Shown here piece after piece: positions 63,271 through 64,000 of a stretch of DNA of 64,000 bases. Origin of the DNA: Mizuhopecten yessoensis (Eukaryota); NCBI RefSeq assembly GCF_002113885.1, contig NW_018408906.1, positions 718,890 to 782,889 on the forward strand. The letters are read 5' to 3'. A program made the translations under genes and the position numbers. Below the pieces are notes generated by a model that worked only from the letters and a program-made list of their open reading frames with translations, searched no databases and had not been told where the DNA came from. Position 1 is the stretch's first letter. Every line of letters starts with the position of its first letter.

Positions 63271-64000
63271 GGTGGTAGGGAATCATACTTGTACAAATGG
63301 AGAGGCTGACCCTCAAATGGACTAAGGGGCGGGGCAAAGAAGGGGTAATTTGAACATATTGCTTTAAGTGACTTCTCTGTCATAAAACGGTGGATGCCAG
63401 CCATATTTGGTTGGAAACATCTTCAGGTGATGGGGATTCAAAATTGCATCAGTTGAAGAACTGACCCCTGCGCTTATTGGTGGGGCCAGAAAGATTTCAG
63501 CCCACCATCATCAGATGATGGGCTGATCAAATTGCCCTTGTTATTGGTATTTCTCAAGAGGTACTGAATTGACCTCTCTCAAATTTAATGTGAAAGTTTC
63601 CATTTGGTCATAGTTGTTTATGTTTAATTTCTAGACTGACTTGAAAACCAAAATGGCCGACAGGCATCAATCTAGGATTTTGCCAGTTCAAGTTAGTTTG
63701 TTGTTACAATTTCTCAGGAGTACATAACGGTGTTTTATTTTGGGACTAATCAGAACAACACGACGGCTACCAGGCAACCACCTTTGATTTTGGTAATTCA
63801 GGTTTGTTACCGCTATTTCTCAAGTATTTCTTAACATATCTTTCTCAAATTTCGTATGAATGATCACTTGGTCAATAGTTGTGCTTGTTTCATTTTTGGA
63901 CCAATCAAGAAAACAAAATAGCCACAAGGCAGCAATCTTGGATTTTGAGAGTTAAACGTTGTTATGAGTTTTTTTAGCTCACGGGGCCGAAGGACCAATG

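Overview
AT-rich, intron-containing animal DNA. The repeat families resemble those of bivalve molluscs (an inference, not a determination). Two assembly gaps: 30345-30378 and 37441-37894. Genes reconstructed from splice sites: (1) a complete 7-exon DPH7/WDR85 gene (3277-9807, +, 408 aa); (2) an intron-containing, Gypsy/errantivirus/baculovirus-F-like envelope gene (19765-22176, +) with one in-frame stop and no recognisable gag/pol, bracketed by direct arrays of a ~370-bp repeat; (3) two inverted copies of a 2.2-2.4 kb transposase-less element (11933-14156 and 25766-28173) on either side of the env locus, each carrying an intact 3-coding-exon gene for a small acidic protein, with conserved exons and diverged introns; (4) a 4-exon orphan gene (33813-48269, +, 464 aa) encoding an acidic repeat protein that ends in a Cys/basic segment and a VxPx motif. 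The rest is mostly mobile DNA: miniature LTR elements with tRNA-like LTRs (Helenus-type TRIMs), tRNA-derived SINEs, Helentron-like non-autonomous elements with satellite arrays, MITEs, and decayed L1/Tx1, CR1-like, Penelope-like, DDE_Tnp_4 and Tc1 remnants. There are also minisatellites, a perfect 160-bp palindrome, and an old local duplication whose copy-specific insertions expose empty target sites. All homology calls come from motif recognition by eye; no searches were run, and repeat boundaries are approximate.
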